Origin: Promethearchaeota archaeon
GTDB lineage: Archaea > Asgardarchaeota > Thorarchaeia > Thorarchaeales > Thorarchaeaceae
Length of the DNA: 64,000 bases
Assembly (NCBI GenBank): GCA_048939765.1
Contig: JBHLPF010000002.1
Coordinates: forward strand, 32,001 to 96,000
Reading direction: 5' to 3'
A model generated the notes under the pieces. The model saw nothing but the letters and a program-made list of their open reading frames with translations. It was not told the origin of the DNA and searched no databases. Numbering within the stretch: position 1 is the first letter of the stretch; every line of letters begins with the position of its first letter. The position numbers and the translations under genes were made by a program. Shown here in pieces: positions 10,173 to 20,477 of this stretch.

Positions 10173-11333
10173 TCACCTTGTTCCAAATCGGCGAAAGAGG
10201 GCTATACCGATAAGAAGGAGCGCAACACCAATGACTGACACTAGAGCCAGATTCGTCCAGATGGAGAGAGTTGTCACGGATGCCCCACGTAGGAACAGAG
10301 TTGTCAAGGACTCGGTCACATAATTGCTTGGCATGAACTGGGCGATGGCTTCAGCTCCTCCACTAAGAGGCATGAAAGTGCCCAGAAACATCTGTGGCAT
10401 GATGAAGACGAACGAAACACCAGAGGCTATCTCTGCGGATTTAGATATGGTGGCAGCAATCATGCCAAAGCCGACGTTTACAAGAGAGAATGCCAGCAAC
10501 ATCGCAAAAGCAAATGCCAATCCACCGACATCAGTGACAGGTCGATAGCCTATTGCATATGACGTGGTGAACACGAGGAGAACTTGGACGACTGCAATGA
10601 TCATGTACGCAATCACATTACTCAACATGAACTCATGTGACTTGAGTGGAGTCGTGCCCATTCTCTTCAGCAGTCCACCATCTCGTTCCCCAGTCAATGA
10701 CTGTGCGACTATCATTATCATGAAGATGCTCGCAAAGGCGAATATCCCTGGAGCCATGAAGTCCCACTGTGAGAGAGTGCTTGCTTGTACCATGGAAGGA
10801 CTGCCTACATCCACTGGTAGATCCAATGTAGTAGCCTCACTTCCAAACATTGTTGTCAAGACAACTTGCTGCACAATCGGAGGAACTGCACTGCTAGCAA
10901 TCATGGACCCACTGTCTACATAGAGCTCTACGGTTGTATTAGTCCAAGAACTTCCATTGAATGGAGAGTTCCAGTAGGAAGTGCAGCTGTTTCCAAAACC
11001 TTCCGGAATCACAATGAATGCGTCAAGGCCTCCCTGAAGCAACTCTGCTTGACCAGTTTCATTTGTTTCATAGTGAAGTACCGTGATCCCCTCGAGGTCG
11101 GTGAGGTTTCCTTCGAAGCTGTCAGCCCACTGAGTATTCGTCGTGGAAGTATCTAGATTCAGGAGCCCCACATCGAAGTTGGTTGCCCCTCCTTCACCCA
11201 CACCTCCAAAAGCCAGTCCGAAGGTTGCTGTGACAATTAATGGAAATAGCAGGAGAAGGAATAGGACTGCAGGCTGCCTCGTGAACATCTTCAGGTTCTT
11301 CTTGGTGAGGGCTGTTATCCGTCGTAGACCCAT
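10173..11333 (-). CDS. ABC-2 type exporter permease
   Basis: N-terminal TM, extracellular loop, ERDGGLLKRMGTTP motif, five C-terminal TMs. Confidence 0.9.
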   Translation of the reverse strand: MGLRRITALTKKNLKMFTRQPAVLFLLLLFPLIVTATFGLAFGGVGEGGATNFDVGLLNLDTSTTNTQWADSFEGNLTDLEGITVLHYETNETGQAELLQGGLDAFIVIPEGFGNSCTSYWNSPFNGSSWTNTTVELYVDSGSMIASSAVPPIVQQVVLTTMFGSEATTLDLPVDVGSPSMVQASTLSQWDFMAPGIFAFASIFMIMIVAQSLTGERDGGLLKRMGTTPLKSHEFMLSNVIAYMIIAVVQVLLVFTTSYAIGYRPVTDVGGLAFAFAMLLAFSLVNVGFGMIAATISKSAEIASGVSFVFIMPQMFLGTFMPLSGGAEAIAQFMPSNYVTESLTTLFLRGASVTTLSIWTNLALVSVIGVALLLIGIALFRRFGTR

Positions 11334-12092
11334 CTAAACTCCCTCCCTCAGTTGCTTGCCAGTGAGCTTGATGAAGACCTCTTCGAGATCCTCAGCGTTG
11401 TACTGCTGCATCAGTTCCGTTGGAGTACCAAGAGCTATGAGCTTGCCTTGGTCTATGATTCCTACTCTGTCGCAGAGCTCCTCAGCTTCCTCCATGTAGT
11501 GAGTAGTGAGGATGATGGCTTTCCCATTATTCTTCAGCTCCCTGATGAAGTCCCACACTGCACGTCTGGACACAGGATCCATAGCCACCGTGGGCTCGTC
11601 AAGTAGAGCAACTCGAGGGTCGTTTATGAGAGCCATTACAGTACTCACCCGGCGAATCATTCCGCCGCTGTATTGACCAGCACGTCGGTCTGCTGCCTCC
11701 ACCATCCCGATCTTCTCAAGCATGTTCTCAACTCGTTCCTTTAGCACATCTCTTGGTACATCATGGAGGTCTCCAAAGAGTTCGATGTTTTCCCTTCCGG
11801 TGAGGTGCTGATAGAATGCTGGTTCCTGCGGACAGACACCGATTATTTCCCGAACTGCATCAGCATCAAAGACCACATCGTGGCCAGCAACTGCTGCAAC
11901 TCCCTCAGTAGGTTCGAGAAGGGTACAGAGTACATTGATTACGGTGGTCTTGCCTGCACCATTTGGTCCAAGCAAGCCAAACAGTTCGCCCCAACCAATC
12001 TCAAGGTTAAGTCCATCAACAGCAGTGACTTCCTCAAACCTCTTGGTCAGGTTTTCTATCTTTATTGCTTGTTTAGTAATTGTAGATGACAT
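11334..12092 (-). CDS. ABC exporter ATP-binding subunit (DrrA-like)
   Basis: GPNGAGKTT, YSGGM, LLDEPT, TTHYMEEA. Confidence 0.93.
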   Translation of the reverse strand: MSSTITKQAIKIENLTKRFEEVTAVDGLNLEIGWGELFGLLGPNGAGKTTVINVLCTLLEPTEGVAAVAGHDVVFDADAVREIIGVCPQEPAFYQHLTGRENIELFGDLHDVPRDVLKERVENMLEKIGMVEAADRRAGQYSGGMIRRVSTVMALINDPRVALLDEPTVAMDPVSRRAVWDFIRELKNNGKAIILTTHYMEEAEELCDRVGIIDQGKLIALGTPTELMQQYNAEDLEEVFIKLTGKQLREGV

Positions 12093-12142
12093 ATGTATGC
12101 TAGTACATAGTTTGTATATAATACGTGGAATCTTTTTGCATC

Positions 12143-12175
12143 AGAAAGCGTTTTGCGGCGCAAAGTGGCTTTTCT
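12143..12175. promoter_or_regulatory. Palindromic putative operator between the divergent ABC and SCP2 operons
   Basis: TTTGCG-G-CGCAAA (12152-12164) flanked by AGAAAGC/GCTTTTCT arms. Confidence 0.4.
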
Positions 12176-12241
12176 TGCATTTCCTATCCATATGCACACA
12201 AGATATATCGCGTAATGCATGCGATTCTGGGTGGTGCTTGA

Positions 12242-12574
12242 ATGACTAAGGATGAGATCTTAGCTCAATTGAAAGAACTGGGGACGCGGTTTGAAGATCC
12301 CAAGATTCAGCGACGATTCAAGGGTTTCCACAAGACGCTGCAGTTCATCTTCCCCGACATTGATGCTCAGATGTACATGAAAATTGGCGACGCCGAGCTG
12401 GTGGAACTTGCAGAGGGAACCGTAGAAGCTGAGATGACGGTGACAATGGACTCGACAGTCTTTCTCAGGATTATGGACAAGAGTGAGAGTCCTATGGCTG
12501 CCTATCAGGCTGGGAAGCTGAAGACCAAGGGAGAGGTTCCAGACCTTCTTAAGCTACAGAAGTTGCTGCTGTAG
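12242..12574 (+). CDS. SCP2 sterol-carrier/lipid-binding domain protein
   Basis: 110 aa; AEMTVTMDS...SPMAAYQAGKLKTKGEV..LLKL is the typical SCP2 C-terminal pattern. Confidence 0.85.
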   Translation: MTKDEILAQLKELGTRFEDPKIQRRFKGFHKTLQFIFPDIDAQMYMKIGDAELVELAEGTVEAEMTVTMDSTVFLRIMDKSESPMAAYQAGKLKTKGEVPDLLKLQKLLL

Positions 12575-12611
12575 TTCCAATCCCGTCGCTGTGATGAATA
12601 TTAAGGAGGCC

Positions 12612-13628
12612 ATGACTATGAAGGTGCTAATCACCGCGCCTTTCTCAGAGTCAGGATTAAAACTACTAGAAGATGCGGGGCTAGAAGTTCGACATGAGAG
12701 TTGGCAAGACACGGGCAAGCTCTACCTGGGGGATAAACTCCTCCCAATCATCAAAGAAGGCGGCTATGAGATTGTAATTGTTGAGGGTGACGAGGTGAAG
12801 GAAGAGGTCATTGAGGGATCTGATTTGAAAATCATTGCTTCAGCAAGAGACAACCCCAACAATGTTTCCATCTCTGCAGCCACAACAAAAGGCATTCCTG
12901 TGATTGGAGCACCAGGTCGAAATACAAATGCGGTCGCTGAGCTGACACTCGCTCTTATACTGGGTCAAGCACGGCGAATTGTGACAGCAGATCGCCTATT
13001 GAAGAATGACTTTATGGTCGATGACTACTCAGACTTTGCACAGATGTACAAGACGACGAAAGGCTTCGAACTGAATGGACGGACGGTTGGCATAATTGGT
13101 CTAGGGAAAATCGGATATGAAGTAGCAAAGCGATTACTAGCATTCGGTGCCGAGATTATGGTCCATGACCCCTACGCACCTAAAGAAAGGCTGAAAGAAT
13201 TTAATGCAAAAGACGTGTCATTGGAGGAGCTCCTGAGAAATTCCGATATAGTGTCAGTCCACTGCCCGCCAACAGACGAAACCAAAGGAATGCTGGGCGC
13301 GGAGCAGTTTAAAATGATGAAGCAGACTGCGATCTTCATCAACACCGCCCGTGCATCAATCACGGATGAGTATGCGCTCCGAGAGGCATTGAAATCAGGG
13401 ACTATTGCAGGTGCCGGACTCGATGTATTCTCAATGGAACCAGTGGACTGTGATAATGAGTTTCTGGAATTGGAAAATGTCATTGTGACTCCGCATATTG
13501 GAGGCAATACTGTCGACACGATTGAGCGGCAGTCCATGATGATTGCAAGGGATATTACAGCAATCCTTAACGGAGGACGCCCTGAGAACGTGCTAAACCC
13601 AGAAGTCCTGAAGAAGGAGGCGACCTAG
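12612..13628 (+). CDS. D-isomer-specific 2-hydroxyacid dehydrogenase family (SerA-like)
   Basis: GIIGLGKIG, INTAR, LDVFSMEP, TPHIGG catalytic motifs. ATG at 12612 follows AAGGAGG. Confidence 0.9.
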   Translation: MTMKVLITAPFSESGLKLLEDAGLEVRHESWQDTGKLYLGDKLLPIIKEGGYEIVIVEGDEVKEEVIEGSDLKIIASARDNPNNVSISAATTKGIPVIGAPGRNTNAVAELTLALILGQARRIVTADRLLKNDFMVDDYSDFAQMYKTTKGFELNGRTVGIIGLGKIGYEVAKRLLAFGAEIMVHDPYAPKERLKEFNAKDVSLEELLRNSDIVSVHCPPTDETKGMLGAEQFKMMKQTAIFINTARASITDEYALREALKSGTIAGAGLDVFSMEPVDCDNEFLELENVIVTPHIGGNTVDTIERQSMMIARDITAILNGGRPENVLNPEVLKKEAT

Positions 13629-13629
13629 A

Positions 13630-15135
13630 ATGCCTGTTGCTGCGATAGATGCTGGTACTACTGGCGTTCGATGTATGATTGTTGGAAGACAGGGAGAAGT
13701 CTTAGGCTTTGGAAGAAGGACATGGGGATATGAAACCCCTGAGTTTCTTGAGATAGCAAAAGAGTTCGATCCCCCTCACTTCTGGGATTTGATATGTACA
13801 GTGACCAAGGAGGCGGTGAAGGCCTCTGGACTGCCTTCTTCAAAGATTGAGAGCGTAGCCACAACGAGCCAGCGTCACGGAGTAGTATTTCTAGATGCTG
13901 ACGGAAAGGAGCTTTACGGTGGTCCAAATATAGATGCACGGGGCGCTATGTCTCAATATGTAGTCGAAGACGCACTAGGAAAGAAGTTCTTGGAGGTAAC
14001 TGGTTGCTGGCCTCCCATGATGTTTACTCCCGCAAGAATGGCCTGGTTTGAGGAAGAGGCGCCTGAGATTCGTCAGGCTGTGGCGCATGTTCTTCCCATC
14101 AACGACTGGATCACGTTTAGGCTCAGTGAAGGATATGTCACAGAGCCGGCCTCAGCCAGTGCCACGGGCTGTTACGATATCAAGGCTCAGAATTGGAGTC
14201 AAGAAATATTCTCAGCCTTAGGTATTGACAAATCCATTTTTCCCAGTCTGAGGGAGGCGGGTGACGTTGTTGGCAGTGTCACAGTCAATGCAGCCAAAGA
14301 CTCAGGACTTCCTGAGGGTCTGCCTGTCATCCAAGGGGGCACTGACACACATTGTGCTCTCCTTGCCGCGCAGGCTAATCCTGGTGAAATCACTGTCATT
14401 GCAGGCAGTACAACTCCTGTAATGCTCACATTGGACAATCACGTCTGCTCGTCTGAACAGACACTCTGGTCTTCCTGTCATATGGTTCCCGGTATGTGGA
14501 CACTAGAGAGTAACGCAATGCTCACAGGAGCATACATCGAATGGGTCATTGCTCTTTTGTGTGAGCTCTCCGAGGATCCTGTTAGATGCAGAGAGAAGAC
14601 GCTTGACAGTCTGCCCCAGCTCCTCAAGGATGTTCCCCCTGGAAGCAACGAGGCCTTTGCCGGCTTAGGGCCCCGAATCATGGACTCAACTAGAATGGCT
14701 GACATACCCATGGCTCGGCTTCATTTTCCACAGCCGGCATTGCCTCAGGTCAAACCCCTCGACTCAGCTAGTCTGATTCATGCAGTTCTTGAGAACATCG
14801 CATTTGCGGTGCGAGGCAACATAGAACAGTTGCAGGAGTATAGCGATCCGCCAGTTGTAAAAGCAATCGGCGGTATCTCAAGATCGGAGGTCTGGCGACA
14901 GATTCTTAGCAATGCCATAAGAAAGCCAGTGATGAATCCTAGGGAGTTCGAAGGCAGCCTCATTGGAGCCGCAATCTGCGCAGCGGTTGGAGTAGGCTGG
15001 TATCCTGATCTGAGGAAGGCCTCGGAAGCAATGGTGTCATGGCAACCGACACTGATACCTGATGAGCGAGCGTCTGAGTATGATTTCTATTACTCCCGCT
15101 GGAAGGAGATATGGTCTCTTGGAAGTGATGAATAG
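13630..15135 (+). CDS. FGGY carbohydrate kinase, LsrK (AI-2 kinase)-like branch
   Basis: AIDAGTT, TTSQRHGVVFLD...PNIDAR, GGTD, HMVPGMWTLES, GGISRS..W.QI. Confidence 0.88.
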   Translation: MPVAAIDAGTTGVRCMIVGRQGEVLGFGRRTWGYETPEFLEIAKEFDPPHFWDLICTVTKEAVKASGLPSSKIESVATTSQRHGVVFLDADGKELYGGPNIDARGAMSQYVVEDALGKKFLEVTGCWPPMMFTPARMAWFEEEAPEIRQAVAHVLPINDWITFRLSEGYVTEPASASATGCYDIKAQNWSQEIFSALGIDKSIFPSLREAGDVVGSVTVNAAKDSGLPEGLPVIQGGTDTHCALLAAQANPGEITVIAGSTTPVMLTLDNHVCSSEQTLWSSCHMVPGMWTLESNAMLTGAYIEWVIALLCELSEDPVRCREKTLDSLPQLLKDVPPGSNEAFAGLGPRIMDSTRMADIPMARLHFPQPALPQVKPLDSASLIHAVLENIAFAVRGNIEQLQEYSDPPVVKAIGGISRSEVWRQILSNAIRKPVMNPREFEGSLIGAAICAAVGVGWYPDLRKASEAMVSWQPTLIPDERASEYDFYYSRWKEIWSLGSDE

Positions 15136-15773
15136 TGTATGAGAAAGTGAAAGAGGAACTTCTAGCAGCTTGTGGTGAGATGATCAAAGAGGACTTAGTC
15201 ATCATCTCAGCGGGCAACGCGAGCATCCGAGTGAGTGATGAGCATGCGGTAATCACACCAAGCTCAGTTCCTTACGCCAAGATGACATTGGATGATATTG
15301 TAGTAATCAATATGGAGGGGGATGTCATAGAGGCCGACCGGAATGCGAGTGTAGAGACCCCCACGCATCTTGAGATATACAAACAGCGAGATGACGCAAA
15401 CGCAGTCGTTCATTCTCACAGCGTGTATGCCACAGCTCTTGCTGTTCTCCACAAGCCTCTTCCTCCAATTCTGGATGAGGTGGTTCCAAAGCTGGGCGGC
15501 GAGATTCGCGTCACATCCTATGCGATGCCAGGGACAAAGGACTTGGCCAAGAATGTTGTTGAATCCATGGACCGAAGAAGTGCGGTTCTTATCGCCAATC
15601 ATGGTGCAGTGACTTGTGGAAACACTATCAGAAAGGCCCTTGACAATGCCATGCTTCTCGAGAGGACCTGCCGGATTTATCTGCTAGCGTTGAGAGCTGG
15701 TGAGCCTATTCCTCTTCCTGAGGATGTTGTTGAGGACGAGGAAGACCTTTGGGAAATCATGAGGGATTTCTAG
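15135..15773 (+). CDS. Class II (Zn) aldolase, FucA/AraD family
   Basis: AGNASIR, ITPSS, SVETPTH, VVHSHS, LIANHG. Confidence 0.9.
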   Translation: MYEKVKEELLAACGEMIKEDLVIISAGNASIRVSDEHAVITPSSVPYAKMTLDDIVVINMEGDVIEADRNASVETPTHLEIYKQRDDANAVVHSHSVYATALAVLHKPLPPILDEVVPKLGGEIRVTSYAMPGTKDLAKNVVESMDRRSAVLIANHGAVTCGNTIRKALDNAMLLERTCRIYLLALRAGEPIPLPEDVVEDEEDLWEIMRDF

Positions 15774-15784
15774 GAGACTTGGAC

Positions 15785-17554
15785 ATGCATGGCTACATGG
15801 GTCAGATACTTGTAGTTGACCTTAACGAGAAGACAACATCTCAACTTCCTATTGATGAGGAAATCGCCTCAAAGTTCATTGGCGGGAGTGGCTATGCCAG
15901 CAAACTGCTTTTTGATTCGATGGGCCAATCTGTGGACCCTTTGGGACCTGACAACATGCTTCTGTTCATGACCGGTCCACTGACAGGTACTCTTGCCCCA
16001 AGCACAGGACGACTTGTGGTTTGTGGAAAGTCACCTCTAACTGGTATCTGGGGCGAGGCACATGTAGGAGGGCATTTCGGTGCGAATCTGAAGTTCTCTG
16101 GCTTTGATGGAATCCTCATCAAGGGAAAATCTGACGAACCTGTTGTTGTTCACATCAATGAAGGTGAAGCTGAGATTGCCCCAGCCGAAGAATTATGGGG
16201 CATGAAGACTGATGAAGTTCAAGAGAATCTGAGGAAGAAACTCGGACGCGTTCGTGTAGCCTGCATAGGCCCTGCGGGAGAGAACCTCGTCAAATTCGCA
16301 TCTATCATGACGGATGAGAGAGCCGCAGCCAGATGTGGACTGGGAGCCGTGATGGGCTCAAAGAAATTGAAGGCAATCACTGTAGCAGGCTCGAAGACAG
16401 TACAGGTGGCTGATTCTGAGGGATTCACAAGCCTAGCCAGAGAATCATCAAGGACTCTCGGTGAAGTCATGCATCATCTCCGTGACTCCGGCACTTCCAT
16501 GTATGTTGAAGTCGGGATGATGTTCAATGACATGCCTATCAAGTATTTTCAGGAAACTGAGTTTGACTATGATTCATTGACCTCAGCAGCAATGAAGGAG
16601 TTCCTGACTGGCAGAACAGCCTGTTATTCATGTCCTATTGCATGCGGGCGAGTGATTACCTTACCAGAGTACGGTCTTGAAAAGGTAGCAGGACCTGAGT
16701 ATCAGACAATCGCGGCATTTGGGTCCAATATGATGATTTCCGACCTGAAGAAGGTATCAGTCATCAACAATCTATGTAATCAATACGGAATTGACACCAT
16801 CAGCTGTGGCAGTACCATCGCATTTGCCTTTTATCTCTGTGAATTGGGCAAGCTGGACCTTGGTCTAAAATGGGGAGATGCGGACAAGGCAATCGAGCTT
16901 GTTCATGCGATTTCATCAAGGTCAGGCATCGGAGATGAGTTGGCCGAAGGCTCAGTACGGTTTGCGAAGAACCACGACGCATCCGAATTGGTCATCCATG
17001 TCAAGGGGCAAGAAGTGCCAAACCATGATCCAAGGGCGTTTGGAGGAATGGCCACAGTATATGCAACTGCCTCTCGCGGAGCAACTCACCTGGAGGGTGA
17101 TATGTACAGTGTCGACATGGGCGTGGATGTACGCGAGATTGGCATCGAATCCGGTGATCGTTTGGACAATGAGGGTAAGGGAAGTACAGCCGCAAGGGCA
17201 CAGGATTTCAGAGCCTTCTTCGACTCAATCATGATGTGCCATTTCGTGCAGGTGCCATTTGGAACGATTCTGGGTCTTGTGAGCAAAGCGACAGGATTGA
17301 CAATTACAAATGAGGACGTCCTATTGATAGGTTCACGGGCAGTCACAATGAAGCGTCTGTTCAACCTCAAGTGTGGACTCAAGCCAGAGGATGACCGCCT
17401 TCCAGCACCACTATTGAAGCCATTGCCGGATTATGCTACGGATGACTTTGTGCCTGATATGGAAATGCAACTAAGCGACTACTATGAGTACAGAGGATGG
17501 GATCGAGAATCTGGAGCACCTACTAAAGAGACCCTAGAGAGGTTGGGTCTCTAG
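15785..17554 (+). CDS. aor: Tungsten-dependent aldehyde:ferredoxin oxidoreductase
   Basis: KSPLTG, GPAGENLV, GAVMGSKKLKA, CYSCPIAC, GPEYQT, GIDTISCG, DDRLP, YYEYRGWD. Confidence 0.93.
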   Translation: MHGYMGQILVVDLNEKTTSQLPIDEEIASKFIGGSGYASKLLFDSMGQSVDPLGPDNMLLFMTGPLTGTLAPSTGRLVVCGKSPLTGIWGEAHVGGHFGANLKFSGFDGILIKGKSDEPVVVHINEGEAEIAPAEELWGMKTDEVQENLRKKLGRVRVACIGPAGENLVKFASIMTDERAAARCGLGAVMGSKKLKAITVAGSKTVQVADSEGFTSLARESSRTLGEVMHHLRDSGTSMYVEVGMMFNDMPIKYFQETEFDYDSLTSAAMKEFLTGRTACYSCPIACGRVITLPEYGLEKVAGPEYQTIAAFGSNMMISDLKKVSVINNLCNQYGIDTISCGSTIAFAFYLCELGKLDLGLKWGDADKAIELVHAISSRSGIGDELAEGSVRFAKNHDASELVIHVKGQEVPNHDPRAFGGMATVYATASRGATHLEGDMYSVDMGVDVREIGIESGDRLDNEGKGSTAARAQDFRAFFDSIMMCHFVQVPFGTILGLVSKATGLTITNEDVLLIGSRAVTMKRLFNLKCGLKPEDDRLPAPLLKPLPDYATDDFVPDMEMQLSDYYEYRGWDRESGAPTKETLERLGL

Positions 17555-17583
17555 AAACAGAATTATCTGATGGGTGGAAATAG

Positions 17584-18507
17584 TTGCAGGTAATGGATCT
17601 TTTGATGAACTTAGGCTCTTTCTACAGTTCGATTGTCATAGGTTATGCTATCGCCAAGATTTCGGGTCGGGGACAAGAGGTGAATAATCATCTGATAGCA
17701 CTCCTCGTGAACCTGCTAGTACCCATCCTATTCATCCAGTCCCTACTCACTTCCTCCCTGGAAACCCTGGTTGAACTTCCTATGGTCCTCTTGGCTGCAC
17801 TGATTGTTCATCTATCCGGCACGCTAATCATGTATATTCGGCTTAAAGGCAGCACAATCGAGAACAGGAGAAAAGGGGTTCTTCTGCTCTGCTCCACATT
17901 TCAAAATGCTCTGTTCATCCCTCTCCCATTGGCAATTCTATTCATTGGCGAACAGGCAGTACCCTTTGTTATCATGTTCTCGCTGACACAGATGCTTCTC
18001 TTGGTTAGCTTAGGATCGATGATTGGCTCGAGGTATAGTGAAACTGGCACTAATTGGAGGAGCATGGCAGAACAATGGCTGAAGTTTCCTCCATTCATCG
18101 CTGTCCTCTTCGCGATTGTGCTATTGCTTGTCGGAGTCACATTGCCATCGGAGGTCGTTTCTGTCCTCTCATTCAACGGAACCATCACAACCTACCTCTC
18201 GCTGGTCACTGTTGGACTTGGCATTGGCACACGATTCTCTAGGATTGATATGATAGGCGGTCTGGAAGTGGCAGCAGTCAGGCAATTGATAGTTCCCATC
18301 ATGATTGGTGTTCTGCTTTTCCTACTTGGCCTCTCGGATTTGGCGGCGAGAGTCGTTATCATTGAGGCGCTCATGCCACCTGCAGTGTTTACTGTAGTAT
18401 TCGCTGGGGGTCTTAAGCTAGACACAGAATCAGCCGCGACCGCGGTTACAATAGGGACTCTTCTACTTCTTCCGGTGGTGCCGATACTACCCTTCTTGCT
18501 TGGGTAG
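17584..18507 (+). CDS. AEC (auxin efflux carrier/malate permease) family transporter
   Basis: About 10 TMs; FQNALFIPLP, FPPFIA, MPPAVF motifs. Confidence 0.85.
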   Translation: MQVMDLLMNLGSFYSSIVIGYAIAKISGRGQEVNNHLIALLVNLLVPILFIQSLLTSSLETLVELPMVLLAALIVHLSGTLIMYIRLKGSTIENRRKGVLLLCSTFQNALFIPLPLAILFIGEQAVPFVIMFSLTQMLLLVSLGSMIGSRYSETGTNWRSMAEQWLKFPPFIAVLFAIVLLLVGVTLPSEVVSVLSFNGTITTYLSLVTVGLGIGTRFSRIDMIGGLEVAAVRQLIVPIMIGVLLFLLGLSDLAARVVIIEALMPPAVFTVVFAGGLKLDTESAATAVTIGTLLLLPVVPILPFLLG

Positions 18508-18559
18508 GTCTTTTACAGCCCCATCTCAACGCATATATCGAATCAAAATCGAGGTGATT

Positions 18560-18883
18560 ATGGTGTTGAGCCTGAAAGAGGACCGCAAAGACGCTGAGGA
18601 AATCAAGAGTTCTCTCGATGAGGTAGTTGGCAAACTCGAGCAGGATTCCGAGTCGAGTGAGAGCTGGGGTGAATCGGTTTCCACCCACCGTAATCGTTGG
18701 CAAGAGATCAAGGAGAAGATAAGAGAGCGTCAAAGCGAGCTAAAGCGACTTGTGATGGAGAAGAAGGCCGGAACCATTGGTCAAGATGAGTTCGATAGGA
18801 AGTATCGCAAGCTTCAGGATGAACTGACTGAGCTGGAGTTTCAGGTCTACAACATGCGACTAGGAACCTCCGTAGAATTCTAA
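18560..18883 (+). CDS. Small coiled-coil protein with a SHOCT-like motif
   Basis: ATG follows GAGGTGA; charged helical sequence containing GTIGQDEFDRKYRKL. Confidence 0.7.
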   Translation: MVLSLKEDRKDAEEIKSSLDEVVGKLEQDSESSESWGESVSTHRNRWQEIKEKIRERQSELKRLVMEKKAGTIGQDEFDRKYRKLQDELTELEFQVYNMRLGTSVEF

Positions 18884-18918
18884 ATCTCCTCATCGACTTG
18901 CTCTATCACTTCAAGCAC

Positions 18919-20337
18919 TTATCTTTGAATCCTGGCCTCAGGAAGTGGCTTTTGATAGGTGAACCCCAATCTAAGGATGAGTGCACCCGCGGTAGACACT
19001 GTTCCACTCAGGACAAGCACGATAGGGATTCCAACTAGGGGGACCAACCAACCAAGTATTGCGGTCAGTGGAATTGAGGCAAATACAACCAGTGTAGGCA
19101 AGAGTGAGTATACGCCATTTCGGATTCGATTTGGAACCACGTCAATCAGCACGCGCATCCAGAGAATGGCTGCAATTGTGAAAAGGATACCACCTGAGAA
19201 CCAGATGACAAGAATGAGAAATACTGGAGTAGCGGACAGCAATGGTACATGCAATATTGATACATCTGTAAACGGTATGAGGATGCTCATCATCTCCGAA
19301 TCAACTGGCGGGGGAGGAAATGCCCACATTAGAATGGCAAAGAGCCAGAAGAATACCGCTCCTGTAGACTGAATGAATCTAAGGCGAGGTATCCATTTCT
19401 CAGGTTCAAATCTTTTTGCCCAGACACCTGATCGCTCCCAGAAGCCTGCAAATGCTATAATCACGACAGTCATTAGACTTGCAACCGCTACATCAGAACT
19501 CAAGTATTCGTAGAGAAAGGGATACATGATTAGCTCGCTCCATGTAAAACCGATGCTGAGGAACAACGTATTTCCGAGTACGATGTATTTGAGATATGGG
19601 CTGCTAACAATATGCCTGGCAGCTTGTTTTAGCAGAGATACATAATCCTCTGCAATCGTTTCCGATTCTCTGTGTTCCTGTATCATAGGAAGGTCTCTAA
19701 CGAGAAAAAACGATGCAAGTGCCAACAGGACGCATGCGACTGACTGTATCTGAAATACAAAGACTCGGGCAATTAGTACTGCGAAAATCGCTCCAGGTAG
19801 TATCACGAGAGCACGAGAAATTCTGAGCAGCATAGCAAGTTTACCAATGAACACGCCATATTGTGCCTTATTCTTGTCTTCAGGTACAGATAGAGAATAG
19901 TTGTTGTCAAACCATGAATTCATCGCCCCGCTTTCTTGCGACGCAGCGAATCCCATCAATATGTAAACAAGAAGATAGTGATCAAAATGTGAACTACTTG
20001 AGATTAATGACACAAAGTAAAATGCGATTGAGTACGTTAGAAATGCCGATGACAGAACCCATCGCTGCCCCACAAGATCTCCAATAGTGCCTGTGGGATA
20101 GTCAAAAAGAGTCTGCACGACTTTCTGCACAACAATTAGCAAGCTAGCTAGCGCCAAGCCGTCTATGTAGGATCCTTTCCCCAAAGCCTCAGCTACGAAA
20201 ATGAGGTAAAACGTTGTTGAAATGCTTATTGCAGCAGTCATTGATGTGGATAAGATGATGAATCTAGCTGCTAGCCTGACAACTTCTGGATTGTCATCCG
20301 GCAGGCCAAAGTAAGAGGTGATCCTACTCAAACGCAA
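18919..20337 (-). CDS. MFS transporter
   Basis: About 12 TMs; DYPTGTIGDLVGQR motif A-like loop; SQESGA. Confidence 0.85.
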   Translation of the reverse strand: MRLSRITSYFGLPDDNPEVVRLAARFIILSTSMTAAISISTTFYLIFVAEALGKGSYIDGLALASLLIVVQKVVQTLFDYPTGTIGDLVGQRWVLSSAFLTYSIAFYFVSLISSSSHFDHYLLVYILMGFAASQESGAMNSWFDNNYSLSVPEDKNKAQYGVFIGKLAMLLRISRALVILPGAIFAVLIARVFVFQIQSVACVLLALASFFLVRDLPMIQEHRESETIAEDYVSLLKQAARHIVSSPYLKYIVLGNTLFLSIGFTWSELIMYPFLYEYLSSDVAVASLMTVVIIAFAGFWERSGVWAKRFEPEKWIPRLRFIQSTGAVFFWLFAILMWAFPPPPVDSEMMSILIPFTDVSILHVPLLSATPVFLILVIWFSGGILFTIAAILWMRVLIDVVPNRIRNGVYSLLPTLVVFASIPLTAILGWLVPLVGIPIVLVLSGTVSTAGALILRLGFTYQKPLPEARIQR

Positions 20338-20477
20338 GCCCCCTTCTCTCTAATGATAAGGTCCCGCCTAATATGTGAAACCAATTGCTTTTCTGACCTT
20401 GGAACAACCTTGAATCGGTCGGTATCTTTAAGTGTGACACACAGACATCTCGGACTCCAAGACCGGTGTGAGAAACA

